Part shown: in pieces, positions 59,980-64,000 of the stretch
Numbering within the stretch: position 1 is the first letter of the stretch
Layout of the letters: every line of letters starts with the position of its first letter
From: Paraspadella gotoi
Taxonomy: Eukaryota > Animalia > Chaetognatha
NCBI GenBank assembly: GCA_051294375.1
Contig: CM119265.1
Span: forward strand, 16,052,896 to 16,116,895
Reading direction: 5' to 3'
DNA: 64,000 nucleotides
Made by a program: the position numbers and the translations under genes
The notes under the pieces: model-generated
The model's database searches: none
What the model saw: the letters and a program-made list of their open reading frames with translations, nothing else
Told to the model about the DNA's origin: nothing

Positions 59980-61856
59980 ACTATGACAATTTTCATCGCT
60001 GAAATATTGGAAAGGATCAACACCACCAAGTCGTAAAAACCGCCGAACCCTTCAAAACGGCCAATCTGTGAAACCGAAACAAATTATGATCTCGTGTTTT
60101 TTTTTAATATTAGACGCGACTCTCTCTTCATTTTCGTTTTTTCCCCCTCAAAAATAACGACGCTATGAATATTGAATAACAAGTAAAAGCGAGTTTTTAC
60201 TCGATTTTTCTTTTTCGTCGGCCATTTTTGCGAGCGCGTTTTTTGTGTTGCCCCTTTCGTCTTTTGACGCCTCATTAACTCGTTCGTCACACGAAGTAAA
60301 AATATCATCAGCCTCATTTTCGCCGATGAAAGATTTTTATTTTCTTTTTTTTTTTCCCCACGTCGCGCAATTTTTTTTATTAGTCACGTCACCATCGTCA
60401 CGTCACGCAAACCGAGTTCGTCACGTCACCGGTCTCGCCATTCTCTTTTGACGGAAACAAGCGTCCTCGCCATGGGGACACGGCCGTCGCAGACGCTCCG
60501 CTCGTCACGGTTAAATGGCGTTCTTAAACAAAAAGAAAGAAATAAAAAAAAAGAAAGAAAACTTTATTTTTATTTATTTTTATTTTTTCATCCGCTGACT
60601 TCATTTCCGCTCGATCGATGACGAATCAGAGACGCGACGGCGAATTTTCCGTCGGATGTCGTTATTTAAAGACGCCGGGCGTGACGTTAATCATCTGAAC
60701 GCGGTCCGAGTTGACGTCAAAAGGACGACGTTATGGGACGGCATCCGGCGTCGTCGGCGCTAATGGCGCGGAATGGATTATTTATGCATCGATTAACGAA
60801 CGAAATCCTTTTTTTTTTTGCGAGGTGAGGAGAGAGAGGTGGCGTTGAGAGCGGGGGATGCGCCGGCAGGGGCAGCGGCAGCGGCAGCGGCAGCGGAGGC
60901 GGGGACGACCTTTGATTCGTCGTCGATCGCGATCACGTCATTAATAATTAGTAATTAATGTTTTCAATTTGTAGTTATAGTTATTTATAGTTAAATAAAC
61001 AAAATAATATTTGAATTTACGAAAGGGAAGGAAGGAACTCCTTCGCTTATTAAACGCCAGCCGAGAGAATAGGGGAAAAAAAATAAATAGGCTCCCGATT
61101 GAGACCTAAACGCCGGCAACGGCCAAACGACGCCGAAGCGAAAGACTTAATTTCCGGCGCCGGTGGGTCGGTAGTGAAACCGGCGTCGAACGGAATCGGT
61201 TCGTCGCCGGTTCCATTTCCTTCTTCCACTGATTAAACAACAAACGATAAATGAGCTTTAATTGAGCGCTCGATCTTTAGCCAACATCAACGGCCGAAAG
61301 TTACATTTTTTCGAAATTATTTTTTAAACCTTATGCTTAGGATAGGGCAGGCCGTTTTTGTTTAGTTGTAACAGAAATGCTAAGATTAGAACCAATCAAA
61401 ATTCGTTTTTATATCTCGAATCAGCCAATAGGGTTTCAGAGCAGAAAAAATATTTTTGAGAGGGGGAAAAAACGAAAAAAAAAAATTTTGGGAAAGAAAA
61501 AAGAAAAAAATGGAAAACATAATTGGATCCTCAGATGTTAATCGAAAAAAGTCATGATTGAAATCAATCTTTGACAAGATTGGGCTTTTTGTCGAAATGA
61601 AATTTTTGTGGATTTTCTTAAAATCCTTTGTCACAATTTAGTTTTCAAAGTTTTAAAAGGCAAATCTTACGTTGATCATAAATGGTTAAAAACATAAAAA
61701 GATACGCAACAATACGTTAACATATGTTCGTTGGTATGAGAAAAAATGAGTTTCGTAAAGTTTTTCAGAAGGAAAATTTGAACAAAAGGGGAAAAAAAAT
61801 TTCAAGATGGTTTTTCGCTTCAACTGCGTCTTTGTTCACAAGACTTACTGCGTCAG

Positions 61857-61873
61857 GAGAGAGATAGAAAGAT

Positions 61874-61928
<55 letters not shown>

Positions 61929-62114
61929 GACAGACAGACAGACAGAGAAAGAGAGAGAGACCGTACATCCTTCTAAACAAGAAATCGTTGGAGAGAAAAC
62001 CTATTAGTTTGCTTTCCTCCTGAAAGATTTCGTCTCAGCCGAAGGCGTTGCTGCTTGGTTCCACCTTGACAATTTCCTATCTTTGGCTCCATCCAAGCGA
62101 TTCGGGCATGAGTG

Positions 62115-62176
<62 letters not shown>

Positions 62177-62985
62177 AGAGCAACATACAAACCAGTATTT
62201 TCACCAAAAAATAAAAAAAATAAAAAAATCCGAGAATCTATCTTCATTAGGGACGAAGAAACGTTTTTCCCGCCATCGCAACATTCTCCTCGAGACAATT
62301 TGCCCGGACTTTCTTTGAAATTTTTCGAAACACCATTTGTGGCGGCGCAGTTTCAAGAGCATCCAAGAGCATCGCTCGTAGTTTCTTTTTTAAATTTCGT
62401 GGGACTTTGTTTTCCTGGACAGAATCTTCCATTTTCTCCAAACGAAGCTCACTGCTGAAAATTGAATAGCGTCATACTGCATTTAAATATCCAGAAACCC
62501 GCTCGCCACGCCCCCTTCGGCGAGTCCGAAACGCGATGCCGATAATCGACGCCGGAAATATCTCGGTTTACGTGGACCCGGATGTCGAAGGCGATGATCG
62601 ATTCCGTTCCCGGATGTGAGAGAATCTCCCGCTTCTCTTCGAGCCAAGGACCCGTTTGACTGACGAGCCGCGTGGCAAAGGTGACGGAGGGAGCGGGGCG
62701 TGCGTCGTTAATGACGCCGACGCTAAATGGTTCTCGTTTTAGGGGTGATGGCGGGGGGGGAGGGCGGCGTGGCGTTGGTGGAGAGATGAGTGAAGGAGAA
62801 AGCGGGGGAAATGTGGACGGCGGTTTAGTTGGAAGAAGATATGGAAGTGACGTCTTCAAGAGGTTCGATGCTGCGGCGCCCATTTTGAAGAACGGGCAGA
62901 CGCTGCTTAGCGAGACATCCGTAACGATTTGTCAAGTATTCAGCGGGAAGAGACATGTGGGGGAGAATGAGAGAGAGAGAGAGAT

Positions 62986-63035
<50 letters not shown>

Positions 63036-63072
63036 AGGGAGAGAGAGAGAGAGAGAGAGAATAGAGAGAGAG
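61857..63072 (+). repeat. Three (GA)n-type microsatellites (61857-61960, 62117-62173, 62968-63072)
   Basis: Direct reading. Confidence 0.9.
62247..62883 (-). CDS. Tentative two-exon gene (~193 aa) with an MGxxxS N-terminus, Pro-rich segment and helical C-terminal part; product unknown
   Basis: Exon 62883-62510 (MGAAASNLLKTSLPYLLPTKPP...RVSDSPKG) ends at a weak phase-2 donor, gtggcg. A 55-nt intron ends in ttttcag, then exon 62454-62247 (SELRLEKMEDSVQENKVPRNLKKKLRAMLLDALE...FLRP*). An upstream gtgagc donor at about 63085 followed by a (CT)n tract suggests a 5'UTR intron. Confidence 0.4.
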
Positions 63073-64000
63073 ACCGTCAGCTCACCAGAGAGACAGACAG
63101 GCAGTCACTGAGAGAGGAAAAAGAAATGAGCAAAAAATGGTCTTTTAAAGAGCGAAGATTAAAAAAGTTTTGAAGGAACTGTCAGTGTTGAGGAAGACGA
63201 GTTCTGAAAAACGCCAAAGCGAAGAATTACGCATTTGAGTTGCTTTTTAAAAAAGCGATTTGGATATAAAAAAAGTAGTGATGAAAAATAAACAAAGGAA
63301 GATTAATTCGTTGTAGAAGAAGTAAAAAAAAAAAGATAAATGTGTTGAAAGTAGAAAAAATAAGAGCGCGATGACATCGAAAGATTTATAAGAAAAGAAA
63401 AGAAACAAAGAAAAGAAGGGGAAAAAAAATACGATGCCGTATGAGGAGGTTATTCTCCTCCGATGAGAATAACTCGTGAGAAAATTGAGAGCAAACTCAT
63501 TTGGAAAAAAGATAAACCAGTTATTGAGTTGAAAGAAAGAGAAAACATTGCGAAAGAAAACAATATTGAAGAGAAAATGTCGGATTGAAAAAAAAAAAAA
63601 GGGGGAAGCGAAGATATTAAAAGAAAAGAATAAAATCAAAAGACGAGAGAAAGTGTAAACAAAGGAGTAAACAAAAACAAAACGATAATTAATAATAAAA
63701 AATGAGAAATAAAAAGTAGGAAGTCGAGGATTACCGATGCGGATAATGAAACGAAATGAGCAAACGAGAAAAGAAAACGGAGGGGAAAAAGTGGAGGCAA
63801 GGAAAAAGAAAACGAGAGGCGAACGTCGGAGTCCAGGGACACGAAATTGAATGAAGGTCCGCGGAGAGGATTAGACGGAGATCAGTTGTTTTGCGCCGGG
63901 GAACGAAGGGCGGATTCTGGGCGGAGAAATCTCGTTTGGCGTCGATCACCGGAGCGGTGGTTGGGGGAAGGGTGAAGAGGGAAGAGGGCAGAGGGTGGGA

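Overview
This is eukaryotic (probably invertebrate animal) draft-assembly DNA: AT-rich introns, GC/CpG-rich exons, many short GT-AG introns, abundant (GA)n/(CTTT)n microsatellites and many N-gaps. The ORF track is mostly microsatellite or gap noise, so genes were rebuilt by hand from splice sites and intron phase. Contents: (1) the tail of a + strand gene at 1-257. (2) A 23-coding-exon minus-strand gene (13662->3283, about 1,410 aa) with an acidic low-complexity N-terminus, a long ribonuclease-inhibitor-type LRR solenoid and a C-terminal RRM. Upstream of it lies a spliced leader carrying a phase-consistent 57-66 aa upstream ORF, a possible bicistronic mRNA. (3) A divergent + strand QRICH2/C16orf96-like (DUF4795) coiled-coil gene at 17387-27854. 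(4) A ~320-bp intronic repeat family, dispersed at three sites and tandemly amplified at a fourth. (5) About 31 kb (29.3-60 kb) of apparently non-coding DNA arranged as three abutting head-to-tail duplications that differ mainly by indels, most likely long-read gap-filling artefacts. Inside it are a 47-bp-stem hairpin and a small TIR-bounded element. (6) A tentative small minus-strand gene near 62.2-62.9 kb. No rRNA, tRNA or CRISPR array was recognised. All homology calls come from motif recognition by eye, not database searches.
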